Part shown: one piece after another, positions 29,801 through 39,613 of the stretch | Position numbering within the stretch: position 1 is the stretch's first letter | Layout: the number at the start of each line of letters is the position of its first letter | Source: an uncultured virus (IMG/VR IMGVR_UViG_2660238032_000003) | Lineage: Duplodnaviria > Heunggongvirae > Uroviricota > Caudoviricetes | Virus record (IMG/VR): IMGVR_UViG_2660238032_000003 | Length of the DNA: 64,000 bases | Strand: one strand, 5' to 3' | Translations under genes and position numbers: made by a program | The notes under the pieces: model-generated | Seen by the model: the letters and a program-made list of their open reading frames with translations, nothing else | What the model was told of the DNA's origin: nothing | Database searches by the model: none

Positions 29801-30097
29801 ATGAATTATACAATATGTTCTGATGAACAATTAATTAATTGGAATGCTAAAGGAAACAAAAAAATATTACAAAATGTAAATAACATATTAAATCTAATAA
29901 AAAATGAGGTTCCTTATGCTAGAAATATGGGCAGAGATTTAGAAAATATAGATTTAACAATTGCAAGAAGTAGATATAAATTAATTGAAGAAACTTACGA
30001 TTTAATACAAAAATATGAACCTAGAGTCACAGTAAAGAAAGTTACTGTGACTGATGAAGTTAATCCATTTATAAAGGTGGTGGTGACAATTGATTGA
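29801..30097 (+). CDS. baseplate wedge gp25/W-like
   Basis: EVPYARNMG, KYEPRV. Confidence 0.75.
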   Translation: MNYTICSDEQLINWNAKGNKKILQNVNNILNLIKNEVPYARNMGRDLENIDLTIARSRYKLIEETYDLIQKYEPRVTVKKVTVTDEVNPFIKVVVTID

Positions 30098-31241
30098 TTT
30101 TGTTAAAACTAATCCTGATGAAATTTTTAATAATGTATTATCTATAATTGAAACAGAGCTTGGCGAAACTTTGGCTGAAGGTGATGAAAGAACACTATTT
30201 ATAAGATCACTTATGCCTATTATTGTTGCTATAAATAATGATATTAATGATACTGCCAATCAAAATTTACTTGAATTTGCTAGAGATGAAAAACTAGATA
30301 CTATTGCAAAAGAATATCATAATACTGAAAGATTAAAACCAACCGAATCTGTTTGTAATGGAATAGTTAAGTTATCACAATTACAGTTACAAGATATAAT
30401 TATTCCAAGTGGAACTAAGGTTACACCAGACGGAATTGCAATGTTTAAAGTAAAAGAAGATGCAATTATTAAAGCTGGTGAAATGCAGTCATACTTAAAA
30501 CTGATAGCAGCTTCAACAGGTGATAAGTATAACGGATATAAAGTTGGAAGTATTAATAGATTGGTTGATCCAATCCCATATGTATCTGAAATTTATAATA
30601 TAGAAATATCAAATTCTGGTTCAGACATAGAGGATAATGCATCTTTTAGGGAAAGAGCACGACTTGAATTAGAAAGTGAAAGCACAGCAGGACCAACAGG
30701 AGCATATGAATATTTAGCATATTCTTCAGACAATTCTATTTCATCAATAAAAGTTACATCTCCTAGTCCAGGGACTGTTAAAATATTAGCTACTGTAGAC
30801 AATGGTGAAATTCCAAGTAAAGATATATTAGATAAAATATTAAATAAATGTTCTGCTAGAGATGTTAGACCACTAACAGATAATGTTATAACAGGAGTTC
30901 CAGAAGTAATTAATTATGATATTGATTTAACTTATTATGTAGATAAAAATTTATCTACATATGAAAGAAAATGGAGAAAATCCATAGAAGGAAATAATCT
31001 TGATTTTAAAGATGGAGCTATAAGAGATTTTATTTTATGGCAACAAGATTTTATTGGTAAATCTATTAATCCAGATGAATTAAGATATAAAATTCAAGAT
31101 GCTGCAAGTTATGAAGTTGAAAATAAGAGAATATCAGGAGTAAGAAGAATTTTAATAACATCTCCTAAATATTCAGAATTAACAGAAGAACAGTTAGCTA
31201 AAGTTAAAAATATAAATATTAATTATGGAGGAATGGAATAA
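30090..31241 (+). CDS. baseplate J-like protein
   Basis: STAGPTGAYEY, VRPLTDNV. Confidence 0.9.
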   Translation: MIDFVKTNPDEIFNNVLSIIETELGETLAEGDERTLFIRSLMPIIVAINNDINDTANQNLLEFARDEKLDTIAKEYHNTERLKPTESVCNGIVKLSQLQLQDIIIPSGTKVTPDGIAMFKVKEDAIIKAGEMQSYLKLIAASTGDKYNGYKVGSINRLVDPIPYVSEIYNIEISNSGSDIEDNASFRERARLELESESTAGPTGAYEYLAYSSDNSISSIKVTSPSPGTVKILATVDNGEIPSKDILDKILNKCSARDVRPLTDNVITGVPEVINYDIDLTYYVDKNLSTYERKWRKSIEGNNLDFKDGAIRDFILWQQDFIGKSINPDELRYKIQDAASYEVENKRISGVRRILITSPKYSELTEEQLAKVKNININYGGME

Positions 31242-31900
31242 TGAATCTTAGTAAAATTGATTTATTAAGTTTGCAGACTTCATATCTACAGAAAGATATA
31301 TTTGTACAAGCTTTATGTAAAGCACTTAATCCATATTTTCAAAAATTAAGTGATAGTGTAAGGCTTGTTTATATTTATGGAAGAATTGATGAACTTAATG
31401 AAGAAGCTATTGATTCGTTAGCCTGGCAATTTCATGTAGATTTTTATGACTATACATTATCATTAGATCAAAAAAGAGAATTAGTTAAAAAATCAATACT
31501 ACTTCATAAGATTAAAGGAACTCCACAATCTGTAATAGATTCAGCTAGCACTGTTTTCGGTAAAACTAAATTAAAAGAATGGTTTGAATATGATGGCAAA
31601 CCATTCTTTTTTAGTTTAGATATAGATATTACGGAAAGAGGTGCATCACCAGAAGATTTAAAGAAACTTGATACTTTAATTAATGCATATAAAAATACAC
31701 GTTCATGGATAGAACTAATAAATATATTTTTTACAACAAAAGGGGATTTATACATTGGTGCTATAGGCATTACAGGAGAGGATATAGTGGTTTATCCCTG
31801 GGTGCCACATGATATTAGTAATAAAACAAATGTAATAATTCCTATAGCACAGAGTGCAGGAAATGAAAATATAGTAACGTATCCCAAGGAGGAGATTTAA
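31241..31900 (+). CDS. baseplate/tail protein I (P2 gpI-like)
   Basis: LAWQFHVDFY, HKIKGT, EWFEYDG, YKNTRS. Confidence 0.88.
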   Translation: MNLSKIDLLSLQTSYLQKDIFVQALCKALNPYFQKLSDSVRLVYIYGRIDELNEEAIDSLAWQFHVDFYDYTLSLDQKRELVKKSILLHKIKGTPQSVIDSASTVFGKTKLKEWFEYDGKPFFFSLDIDITERGASPEDLKKLDTLINAYKNTRSWIELINIFFTTKGDLYIGAIGITGEDIVVYPWVPHDISNKTNVIIPIAQSAGNENIVTYPKEEI

Positions 31901-32556
31901 TGGATGAAAAATTTTATTCAATATTAACAAGCATTGGAAAAGCTAAAATAGCGAATAGTTTAGGTCTAGGAACAAAAATTGATTTTGTGAAAATGAAAGT
32001 AGGGGATGGAGGGGGAAAGTATTATAATCCGATTGAAACTCAGCTGGACTTAATAAATACTGTTTGGGAATGCAATATAGGACATGTATCAGTAGATGAT
32101 GATAATCCAAACTGGATTAATATAGAGGTACTAATACCGCCTACTGATGGTGGCTTTATGATTAGAGAATATGGTGTTTTTGATAAAGATAATAATATGT
32201 TAGCTATAGCCAAATGTGCTGAAACTTATAAACCCACAGCTTCTGATGGTAGCACTAAAGAAATAAACATAAAAATGGTGTTAGCTGTATCTAATACATC
32301 TAGCATCAATCTAAAAATAGATCCAACTATTATTTTTGCTAAGAAAAAAGAAATTGAAGAAGTAAGTTTGAGAGTTAATGAGCTTAATAAACAAATAAAA
32401 GATAAGATTAATTTAGTTATTAGCGAAACACTACCAGATATAAATGAGAGAGATAATAAAACTTTATATTTTAAGATAACAGATGTAGTAAATACGGGTA
32501 TAAGTAATAATATGAAGGTGAGTCCTCAAATGGGAATTAAAATAATTAATGAATAG
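31900..32556 (+). CDS. tail-collar fibre protein (N-terminal fibre anchor)
   Basis: LTSIGKAKIANS, VGDGGG, GGFMIRE, ETYKP motifs. Confidence 0.85.
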   Translation: MDEKFYSILTSIGKAKIANSLGLGTKIDFVKMKVGDGGGKYYNPIETQLDLINTVWECNIGHVSVDDDNPNWINIEVLIPPTDGGFMIREYGVFDKDNNMLAIAKCAETYKPTASDGSTKEINIKMVLAVSNTSSINLKIDPTIIFAKKKEIEEVSLRVNELNKQIKDKINLVISETLPDINERDNKTLYFKITDVVNTGISNNMKVSPQMGIKIINE

Positions 32557-32570
32557 AAAGGGAGATAAAA

Positions 32571-33167
32571 GTGGAAAAAGTAAGAGTGCAGTTACTAGAT
32601 GAAAAAACAGGAGCAGTAGTAAAGGAAGTAGATGTATTAACATCAGCAGATTGCGTTACATTTTCGGATGGCCAAACATTCCAACAAAAATTAAATAATG
32701 GAAGTTTAAAAGGTGACAAGGGTGACCAAGGTATACAAGGTCCTAAGGGAGATAAAGGAAATACTGGGGATAAAGGTGCAACTGGTCCGCAAGGTGCTAA
32801 AGGCGTATCTATGAGACTTAAAGGAGCTTGGAGTTCAAGTACAGCATATGTTAATGATGGAAGCTATGTAGACTTAGTTACTTCTGGAGGAAATACGTAT
32901 GCTTGTAAAGCATCTAACACTAATGCTGTAGTTACAGATACATCAAAATGGGAACTTATTTCTAGTAAAGGAACAACAGGTGAAAGAGGGGCAACTGGAG
33001 CACAAGGACCAAAGGGTGATGCTGGAGCTAAGGGAGCCACGGGAGATAGAGGACCTCAAGGAGTACAAGGACCCAAAGGTGATAAAGGGGATAGTGGTGA
33101 AAATGTTAGAGTTGGTGCAACTTATGCCAATAGTACACAAGTAAAATTATTTTTTAAAACTGTTTAG
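32571..33167 (+). CDS. collagen-like tail fibre protein
   Basis: Two Gly-X-Y tracts flanking a small Trp/Tyr module. Confidence 0.85.
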   Translation: MEKVRVQLLDEKTGAVVKEVDVLTSADCVTFSDGQTFQQKLNNGSLKGDKGDQGIQGPKGDKGNTGDKGATGPQGAKGVSMRLKGAWSSSTAYVNDGSYVDLVTSGGNTYACKASNTNAVVTDTSKWELISSKGTTGERGATGAQGPKGDAGAKGATGDRGPQGVQGPKGDKGDSGENVRVGATYANSTQVKLFFKTV

Positions 33168-33180
33168 GAGGTGGATATAA

Positions 33181-33984
33181 GTGTCAATAAAAAATATAGA
33201 AATTCAAGATAGTGATGGGAATATCTATTATCCTCATACTAATGCATCCGTAGTTAAGAATGGATCTACTACAGTTGCTGAACAAATGAAAGAAATTGCG
33301 AACAAAGTAGATAATATTAAAATTGCAGATGGAACTACAACAACCAAGGGAATAGTTAAATTAAATAATGCTGTTAATAGTACAAGTCAAGCAGAAGCAG
33401 CCACCCCATTAGCTGTAAAAACTGCTATGGATAAAGCAAATGAGGCTTTTCAGTATGCCAGTAATGGGAAAAGTCTTATTGCTGGCAAGGTAGGAAATGT
33501 TACAGGAAACAATACACATGCGGAGATAGCAAATAGAATACAAACAGATAAGAATACAGCAGCTAGTAATCTTAATAGTAAAGGTGTAAGTGCTAATGGA
33601 AATGAAGCTTTAGCTAGTTTAGTAGGAAAGATAGCTAACATTACTTTAGCTGGTATGGGAGGAAAAAGATTCACCTTTGGAAATACTAACTTTGATGGCA
33701 CTACTGATATACGTTTTCAAAGAGTAAATAAAGATTTTCAACCAGAGTCAGGATATTCAAATACTTACTATGTAACTATAACATTAAATTTTAAACCTTC
33801 ATATGGATTGGTTTATGCTAAGACTTCATCATCAGCTGGTTTTAATGTTTCAACTTTAGTAAATTATAATGCAGTATGGACAGGAACAGGTTTACTCCAA
33901 CCAATAATATCTGGTAATACTATAAAAATTCCATTTTCTGATAAATATGTAACTTCAAATGTAACATATATATTTTTTGAATAA
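33181..33984 (+). CDS. tail fibre / receptor-binding protein
   Basis: Fibre repeat TTTKGIVKLNNAVNSTSQAEAATPLAVK; beta-rich C-terminus. Confidence 0.8.
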   Translation: MSIKNIEIQDSDGNIYYPHTNASVVKNGSTTVAEQMKEIANKVDNIKIADGTTTTKGIVKLNNAVNSTSQAEAATPLAVKTAMDKANEAFQYASNGKSLIAGKVGNVTGNNTHAEIANRIQTDKNTAASNLNSKGVSANGNEALASLVGKIANITLAGMGGKRFTFGNTNFDGTTDIRFQRVNKDFQPESGYSNTYYVTITLNFKPSYGLVYAKTSSSAGFNVSTLVNYNAVWTGTGLLQPIISGNTIKIPFSDKYVTSNVTYIFFE

Positions 33985-34007
33985 ATAACTTAGGAGGTAA
34001 TTAAAAT

Positions 34008-34316
34008 ATGAAAAATTTAATAGTTTATGATAGTACAGGAAATGCTTTCTTTGTTCAAGAAGGCACTTTTTATGAACCACAAGGAGAAATAAAAGCACTT
34101 CAAGCTGATATTCCAGATAACAAACTACTTAAAGGTGTAGATATTAAAACAGGACAACCAATACTAGAGGATATACCAAAATCACAAATTGAACTACTAC
34201 AAGAAGAACTTGCACAAAATACAAAAGAAATAGCTAAGAAAGATTTAGCTATAGAACAACTACAAAAAGATTTAGCAGATTTAACAAAACAAATAGCTTT
34301 AGGAGGTAATGTATAA
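34008..34316 (+). CDS. putative tail fibre chaperone
   Basis: LIVYDSTG start, C-terminal coiled coil; between fibre and XkdX. Confidence 0.55.
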   Translation: MKNLIVYDSTGNAFFVQEGTFYEPQGEIKALQADIPDNKLLKGVDIKTGQPILEDIPKSQIELLQEELAQNTKEIAKKDLAIEQLQKDLADLTKQIALGGNV

Positions 34317-34474
34317 TGAATTGGTTTGAAAAAGTAGAAAGATATTTTTATTGGGGATGTTACAATAATACAGACGTTTGGGACTTTGTAAGTTATAAGA
34401 AAATAACAACAGAGCAATATACAGAGATAACTAAAGTAGAATATACAGAAGTAAGACCAGTGAAAGTAGTTTAG
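34316..34474 (+). CDS. XkdX-family protein (52 aa)
   Basis: MNWFEKVERYFYWGCY...FV..KKITTEQYTEITKVEY. Confidence 0.8.
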   Translation: MNWFEKVERYFYWGCYNNTDVWDFVSYKKITTEQYTEITKVEYTEVRPVKVV

Positions 34475-34517
34475 TTCGCAATAGGAACATAGATATTTTA
34501 TAACATAAAAATTTACA

Positions 34518-34627
34518 GTAAAGAGGTTAATAAAAATGCATATAAAAATAAAACCAGGGGAAGCTAATATTGTACGATAAAAGTCCCTGGTTTTACTATG
34601 TGTATAAGAGATAAAACACCTCTTTAC
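34518..34627. other. long nested inverted repeat (possible structured RNA or ssDNA hairpin) upstream of tyrosine recombinase
   Basis: gtaaagaggt/acctctttac outer stem, taaaaccaggg/ccctggtttta inner stem; minus-strand TATAAT at 34635-34640. Confidence 0.5.
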
Positions 34628-34677
34628 ATATAGTATTATAACCACACTTTTTTAACTTATACATTATTATTTAAAAT

Positions 34678-34698
34678 TTGTGTCCGATTTGAACACAA
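34678..34698. promoter_or_regulatory. palindromic parS-like site 2
   Basis: ttgtgtccgatttgaacacaa, 19/21 identical to 9474-9494. Confidence 0.6.
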
Positions 34699-34712
34699 AT
34701 TTAAGCTAGAAG

Positions 34713-35729
34713 GTGGTTATTTATATGAATTGTAATGAAGAATTTGTTATAAAAACTATAGGAAAACTAACTTTAGAATTTAATTTAAATTGGGAACAAC
34801 AAAAAATAGTTAGAGATTGTTTATACTATTCCCTTTACAACTATGAGGTTGTTTCAAAAGAAAAGTCTTTAATTAAAGGAGATATGCCTGAAAAGATATT
34901 ATTATATTTAAGTGTAAAGAAACTAGCTGGATATAGTGCTGCTACACTTAAAAATTATAAATATCTTTTAGATAAGCTTGCATATTTTTTAAATAAGCCA
35001 GTTACAACAATTACAGTAAATGATATAAGAATGTTTTTGGTTATTCAAGGTAAAGGCAAAAAGCCTAGTACAATTAATTCTATAATTTTTTATATTAAAG
35101 CTTTTTTTAATTGGTTAGAAAGTGAAGATCTAATTACCAAGAATCCAGTTAAGAAATTAGAAATAAATAAATTGCCTAAAAGATTAAGAAAAGCTCTAAC
35201 TTTAGAAGAATTAGAAAGATTACGAATAGCATGTAAAACAAATAGAGAACGTGCATTGTTAGAGTTTTTATTTTCGACAGGATGTAGAGTTACTGAAACT
35301 GTTGATTGTAATATAACAGATTTAAATTTTAATGAAAATATATTAAAAGTAGTTGGAAAAGGTGATAAGGAAAGAATAGTATGTTTTGGAGAAAAAACTA
35401 AGTTGTATTTAAAGAAGTATATATATGAGGATAGAAGAAAAGATAATGATCCTGCATTGTTTGTATCAGAAAAATTTCCATATAAAAGATTGAGTAAAAG
35501 AGGGATAGAACTAATAATTTCAAAATTAGGAAAAAGAGCTGATTTTAATAAAAATATATTTCCTCATTTACTTCGACATACGATGGCTACAGTTGGATTA
35601 CAGAATGGAGCAAATTTAATAACCATACAACAATTATTAGGTCATACTGATCCAGCTACAACACAAATATATGCTCAAAATTCAATTGAAAATATAAAAT
35701 ATGAATACAAGCAGCATATGAATTTTTAA
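34713..35729 (+). CDS. tyrosine recombinase (XerD-like) between tail-fibre and lysis modules
   Basis: SAM-like N-domain; TGCRVTE (R), GKGDKER (K), HLLRHT, LLGH, TTQIY: catalytic set intact. Confidence 0.93.
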   Translation: MVIYMNCNEEFVIKTIGKLTLEFNLNWEQQKIVRDCLYYSLYNYEVVSKEKSLIKGDMPEKILLYLSVKKLAGYSAATLKNYKYLLDKLAYFLNKPVTTITVNDIRMFLVIQGKGKKPSTINSIIFYIKAFFNWLESEDLITKNPVKKLEINKLPKRLRKALTLEELERLRIACKTNRERALLEFLFSTGCRVTETVDCNITDLNFNENILKVVGKGDKERIVCFGEKTKLYLKKYIYEDRRKDNDPALFVSEKFPYKRLSKRGIELIISKLGKRADFNKNIFPHLLRHTMATVGLQNGANLITIQQLLGHTDPATTQIYAQNSIENIKYEYKQHMNF

Positions 35730-35783
35730 GAGATTAGTTAATTCTAGTCTCTTTTTTAGTTGCTAAAGAAAGAAGGTAGACAG

Positions 35784-36008
35784 ATGAATGAAACGGATAC
35801 TGTACTAGAAATTAAAGAAAGGTTAGTAAGAATAGAAACCCTTTTAGAGAAAAACTCTGAAAATTGGGATGAAAAAATTAAAGTGGCAAATCATAGGATA
35901 CAGGATTTAGAAGATACAATTAAATGGATAAGTAGAACCGCAATAGGTGGACTACTTACTGGAATATTAGGAATATTATTTAGTTTAACTAAAATAGGAG
36001 GAATGTAA
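35784..36008 (+). CDS. XhlA-like holin/haemolysin
   Basis: ERLVRIET coiled coil, KWISRTAIG plus C-terminal TM. Confidence 0.8.
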   Translation: MNETDTVLEIKERLVRIETLLEKNSENWDEKIKVANHRIQDLEDTIKWISRTAIGGLLTGILGILFSLTKIGGM

Positions 36009-36009
36009 A

Positions 36010-36300
36010 ATGGAATATACAAATTTAGTACAGTTTATACCTGAAAGTTTATTTATAGTTATTGCTGGCATATATGTAGTTGGAATATTTCTTAAAAAGT
36101 TAGAGAGTATACAAGATAAATATATAACAAGTATATTAATGCTATTTGGTATTACTTTTGCAATATTATTAAGTATAATTAACACAGAATATAGAGTTAC
36201 ATTAGATGTTATTGTGAATGGTACATTACAAGGTGTGTTATGCTGGGGAGTAGCTGTTGGTATTAACCAAACGGCTAAACAATTAAATAAGCAAGAATAG
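36010..36300 (+). CDS. phage holin
   Basis: Three TM segments, QGVLCWGVAVGINQTAKQ; precedes endolysin. Confidence 0.85.
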   Translation: MEYTNLVQFIPESLFIVIAGIYVVGIFLKKLESIQDKYITSILMLFGITFAILLSIINTEYRVTLDVIVNGTLQGVLCWGVAVGINQTAKQLNKQE

Positions 36301-36316
36301 TTTTAGGTAGCAATAA

Positions 36317-38245
36317 ATGCTACCTTTTTATGATTTAAATGGAGATTATAAAAGGAGAGATTTTGTGAATAGATTAAATTATGAAGAAATACCTTTAGAT
36401 GGGGTTATAGAAAGTCCTATAGATTTGAGAGATTATAATTACAAGGATTTTTGCAGCAATAATGATAAGGATTTACCGAATGAATTTGAAATAAATTATC
36501 AATTTGAACCTAGAAATCAAGCTAATACTTCTACTTGTGCATTTCAATCAGTAACAGCTCTTATAGAAATAATAAAAAATACAAATGAATATTTATCAGA
36601 AGGATTTTTAAATGCTATGAGAGATGAATATGGTTACCAATTAGAAAAAGGTGCAGTAACAAGAGAAATTATGAAATTAGCTTGTGAGAGTGGAATAATT
36701 CCTAAAATAGATTTTCCTAATTTAGAGGATTATCCAAAGATAAGTGAGTTATTTGATTCTTTAAATAACAAAAATGAATTAATAGAAAAAGCAAAAAGTT
36801 TAAAATGTCAATCATATGTGAGAGTTGATTTAGAAGATGTTCCGATATATTTATACAATGAAAAGAAACCTTTAGTTATAACAACGGTATTATATGATAG
36901 TTTTTATAAAGTAAATCATCCAGGTACAGATGGAATTGTAGAATATCCAAGTGAAGGTAAAAAATGTGGTCGTCATGCGATGGTTATTGTAGGTTATAAA
37001 TATAAAGATAATAAATTATATTTAAAAATACAAAATAGTTGGGGAAAATATTGGTGTTTGAATGGTTATTGCTATGTAAATATAGAAGACACAAAAATGA
37101 TTGATGAAGTATGGGGATTTACTGATATACCTAAGAAAGTTATTATAACTAAATATAAAATAGGTTGGAATAAAGATAAAATAATTGATAAGTGGCTCTA
37201 TTCCGAAGATGGTGAACATTTAATAGAAAACGGATGGAAAGAAATTAAAGATGAATGGTACTATTTTAAAAATTCATTTACTATTAATGGAGATTGGATT
37301 AAAGATAATGGACATTGGTACTTTCTACAATCAGGTTCTTGTAAAATGTTAAAAAATGATTGGTTATACTGGAATAACAAATGGTATAGGTTTGCACAAG
37401 ATGGGAAAATGATAACTGAATGGTATCAAAATGAGAAGGGAGAATGGTTCTATTTAGATATAGATAATGGATATGCATATACTGGGTGGGTATTTATACA
37501 TGGTAAATATTATTACTTTAATGAAAATTGTATAATGCAAACAGGTTGGATTAAAATTAATGAAGAATGGTTTTATTTAGATTCAAGTGGAGCAATGAAA
37601 ACTGGTTGGTTAAATGATAATGGAACATGGTATTACCTAGAAGAACAAAGTAATGGTCATATGGGTAAATGTTATATGGATTGTGCTACAACAATTAATG
37701 CAAAGCAATATTCTTTTGATAAAAATGGTCACTTAATAGAAGAAAACTTAGTAAGCGAAAAATGTGCTAGATTTATTGGAAGTTGGGAAGGATTTTATGA
37801 AAAAGCCTATGCTGATCCTTATTATGGTGAAAGTATTAAAGATTATTGGACAATAGGATATGGCACTTGTTATTGTTCGATTCCAGAAGCATTTCCAGAT
37901 GATTTAGAATCTACTTGTACAAAAGAACAAGCTTTAAATTGGTTAAAACAAGAGGCAAGCAAATATTCTGAAAAATTAAAGAATGACTTAGATAATAAAG
38001 GTGTATCTTTAAATAGTAATCAATTTGATGCATTAATAAGTTTTGCATATAACTGTGGAATACAATCATTGTTTGGATCTACATTATATAATTATATTTG
38101 TAGTGGTGGAAGAGATTCATCAAAAATAAAAGAATACTTTAGAATGTGGAATAAAGCAAATAAAGAATATTCAGATGGATTAGATAGAAGAAGAATTAGT
38201 GAATCTAATTTATTTATTGATGGAAATTATTTAGGAAATGTATAA
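36317..38245 (+). CDS. endolysin: papain-like C1 peptidase + cell-wall-binding repeats + GH24 lysozyme
   Basis: RNQ..STC, HAMVIVGY, QNSWG; repeated GW..x..WYY units; WEG..AYAD..WTIGYG, QFDALISFAYNCG, GLDRRR.E. Confidence 0.88.
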   Translation: MLPFYDLNGDYKRRDFVNRLNYEEIPLDGVIESPIDLRDYNYKDFCSNNDKDLPNEFEINYQFEPRNQANTSTCAFQSVTALIEIIKNTNEYLSEGFLNAMRDEYGYQLEKGAVTREIMKLACESGIIPKIDFPNLEDYPKISELFDSLNNKNELIEKAKSLKCQSYVRVDLEDVPIYLYNEKKPLVITTVLYDSFYKVNHPGTDGIVEYPSEGKKCGRHAMVIVGYKYKDNKLYLKIQNSWGKYWCLNGYCYVNIEDTKMIDEVWGFTDIPKKVIITKYKIGWNKDKIIDKWLYSEDGEHLIENGWKEIKDEWYYFKNSFTINGDWIKDNGHWYFLQSGSCKMLKNDWLYWNNKWYRFAQDGKMITEWYQNEKGEWFYLDIDNGYAYTGWVFIHGKYYYFNENCIMQTGWIKINEEWFYLDSSGAMKTGWLNDNGTWYYLEEQSNGHMGKCYMDCATTINAKQYSFDKNGHLIEENLVSEKCARFIGSWEGFYEKAYADPYYGESIKDYWTIGYGTCYCSIPEAFPDDLESTCTKEQALNWLKQEASKYSEKLKNDLDNKGVSLNSNQFDALISFAYNCGIQSLFGSTLYNYICSGGRDSSKIKEYFRMWNKANKEYSDGLDRRRISESNLFIDGNYLGNV

Positions 38246-38459
38246 CACTTAGATAAAAATATAGTATAATAATATCTGACTGAATTACACATAAAGTTAG
38301 GAAACAATGGACAAAATATAGTATTATGTAAATATAAACAAAAACCCATGAAAGTACTCTAAATACATCATGAGTTCTTAAGTTATAATAGAGTATAAAT
38401 TATTGCTTCTATTATAGCATATTGGATATAAAATATGAATAAAAATAGGAGGAATTAAT

Positions 38460-39587
38460 ATGAATTTATTAGACATAAAGGATGAGGGAAATAAACTTAA
38501 TAAACTATTAATAGAAACTAAAGAAGTAATGAATCAGATAGTATCAATCTCTGATTCCAAAGAATCTATGAAAGTAGAATTATTTAAAAAAGCTTTTTCA
38601 GCAGAAAAAGCATATCAAAATGGTCATAATGCTAATTTTGTTACTGAAGTAGAGACGATAAGAAGTAAATATTGTAATAATTTTATTTCTGACTTAAGAA
38701 AAATCAAATTTACTAAGTCAATTATAGAATTAACTAGTATATCTGAAAAATTTGTTTATTATAATTTTCAATATTTTAAGAACGAGTTTATTAAATTGAT
38801 TGATATGATAGATGATTATACTGCATATTCTAGTGGAGTTGATTCTTTTGAAGAAATTGAAAAACTGTATAACAAAATAAAATTTGTTATAGATTTATAT
38901 GAAAAAATTAAAATTAATATTAATAAAATTAATGAATTAGCAGAAGTGTTATCTCCAGGAATTGAAGATTGTATATTTAAAATAAGATTTATGAATGAAA
39001 ATAAGTCAATATATTCCTTAAAAGATAACATATTATTAATAGAAAATATATATAATAATGTAAATAAGTTGGTAGGAAATACAGAAGAAGATTTAAAATA
39101 TTATAGAGCTGAATCAGGTTCATTTTTACTGTATCTAGGTGGTTGTGTTACTACATTGTTAACAATAAAACCTTTATTAGAATTTGCATATAAAATATAT
39201 TCAGAACAATTAAGTCCTAAAGCAAAGATTGAATTGGAATTAAAAAAAGATGAATCAAAACTAAGTAACATTAAAGTTAGAGGAGAATACCTTAAATTAT
39301 TAAAAGATGCGACTGAAAGTAAGGAAATAAGTTCTTTAAAAATAAGCGATAAACAACAAGTATTGAACATAATAGGAGATTTAGATAAGGATATAAAAGA
39401 TTTATTTTGTAAAAATCCGTTTATTAAATTGAATGATAAAGAATTAGGTCCAAAAGAAAATTCTAATGATAATATACCAATAGTTTTATTAGAAGAGAAA
39501 AATGAAAATATAGAGAGTTTAGACCAGTTAGAAGAAATAGCATGTGATAATGTATGTGGTAATGGAAATACTACATTAGAAGAATAA
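38460..39587 (+). CDS. hypothetical moron protein (375 aa)
   Basis: AGGAGG RBS, own upstream TATAAT; helical, ESGS motif followed by hydrophobic helix. Confidence 0.65.
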   Translation: MNLLDIKDEGNKLNKLLIETKEVMNQIVSISDSKESMKVELFKKAFSAEKAYQNGHNANFVTEVETIRSKYCNNFISDLRKIKFTKSIIELTSISEKFVYYNFQYFKNEFIKLIDMIDDYTAYSSGVDSFEEIEKLYNKIKFVIDLYEKIKININKINELAEVLSPGIEDCIFKIRFMNENKSIYSLKDNILLIENIYNNVNKLVGNTEEDLKYYRAESGSFLLYLGGCVTTLLTIKPLLEFAYKIYSEQLSPKAKIELELKKDESKLSNIKVRGEYLKLLKDATESKEISSLKISDKQQVLNIIGDLDKDIKDLFCKNPFIKLNDKELGPKENSNDNIPIVLLEEKNENIESLDQLEEIACDNVCGNGNTTLEE

Positions 39588-39613
39588 AAAATAGTTATAA
39601 GGAGGTGAGATTA

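Noticed and set aside
32710..33100. Repetitive GGN-rich DNA as a non-coding repeat array
   Set aside because: Explained by collagen Gly-X-Y codons
34100..34645. 181-aa minus-strand ORF across the tail-fibre chaperone/XkdX
   Set aside because: Antisense shadow of two credible plus-strand genes; no RBS; atypical composition
31900..35729. Diversity-generating retroelement or multi-cassette shufflon at the tail fibre
   Set aside because: No reverse transcriptase, no TR/VR pair and no alternative inverted fibre C-termini seen
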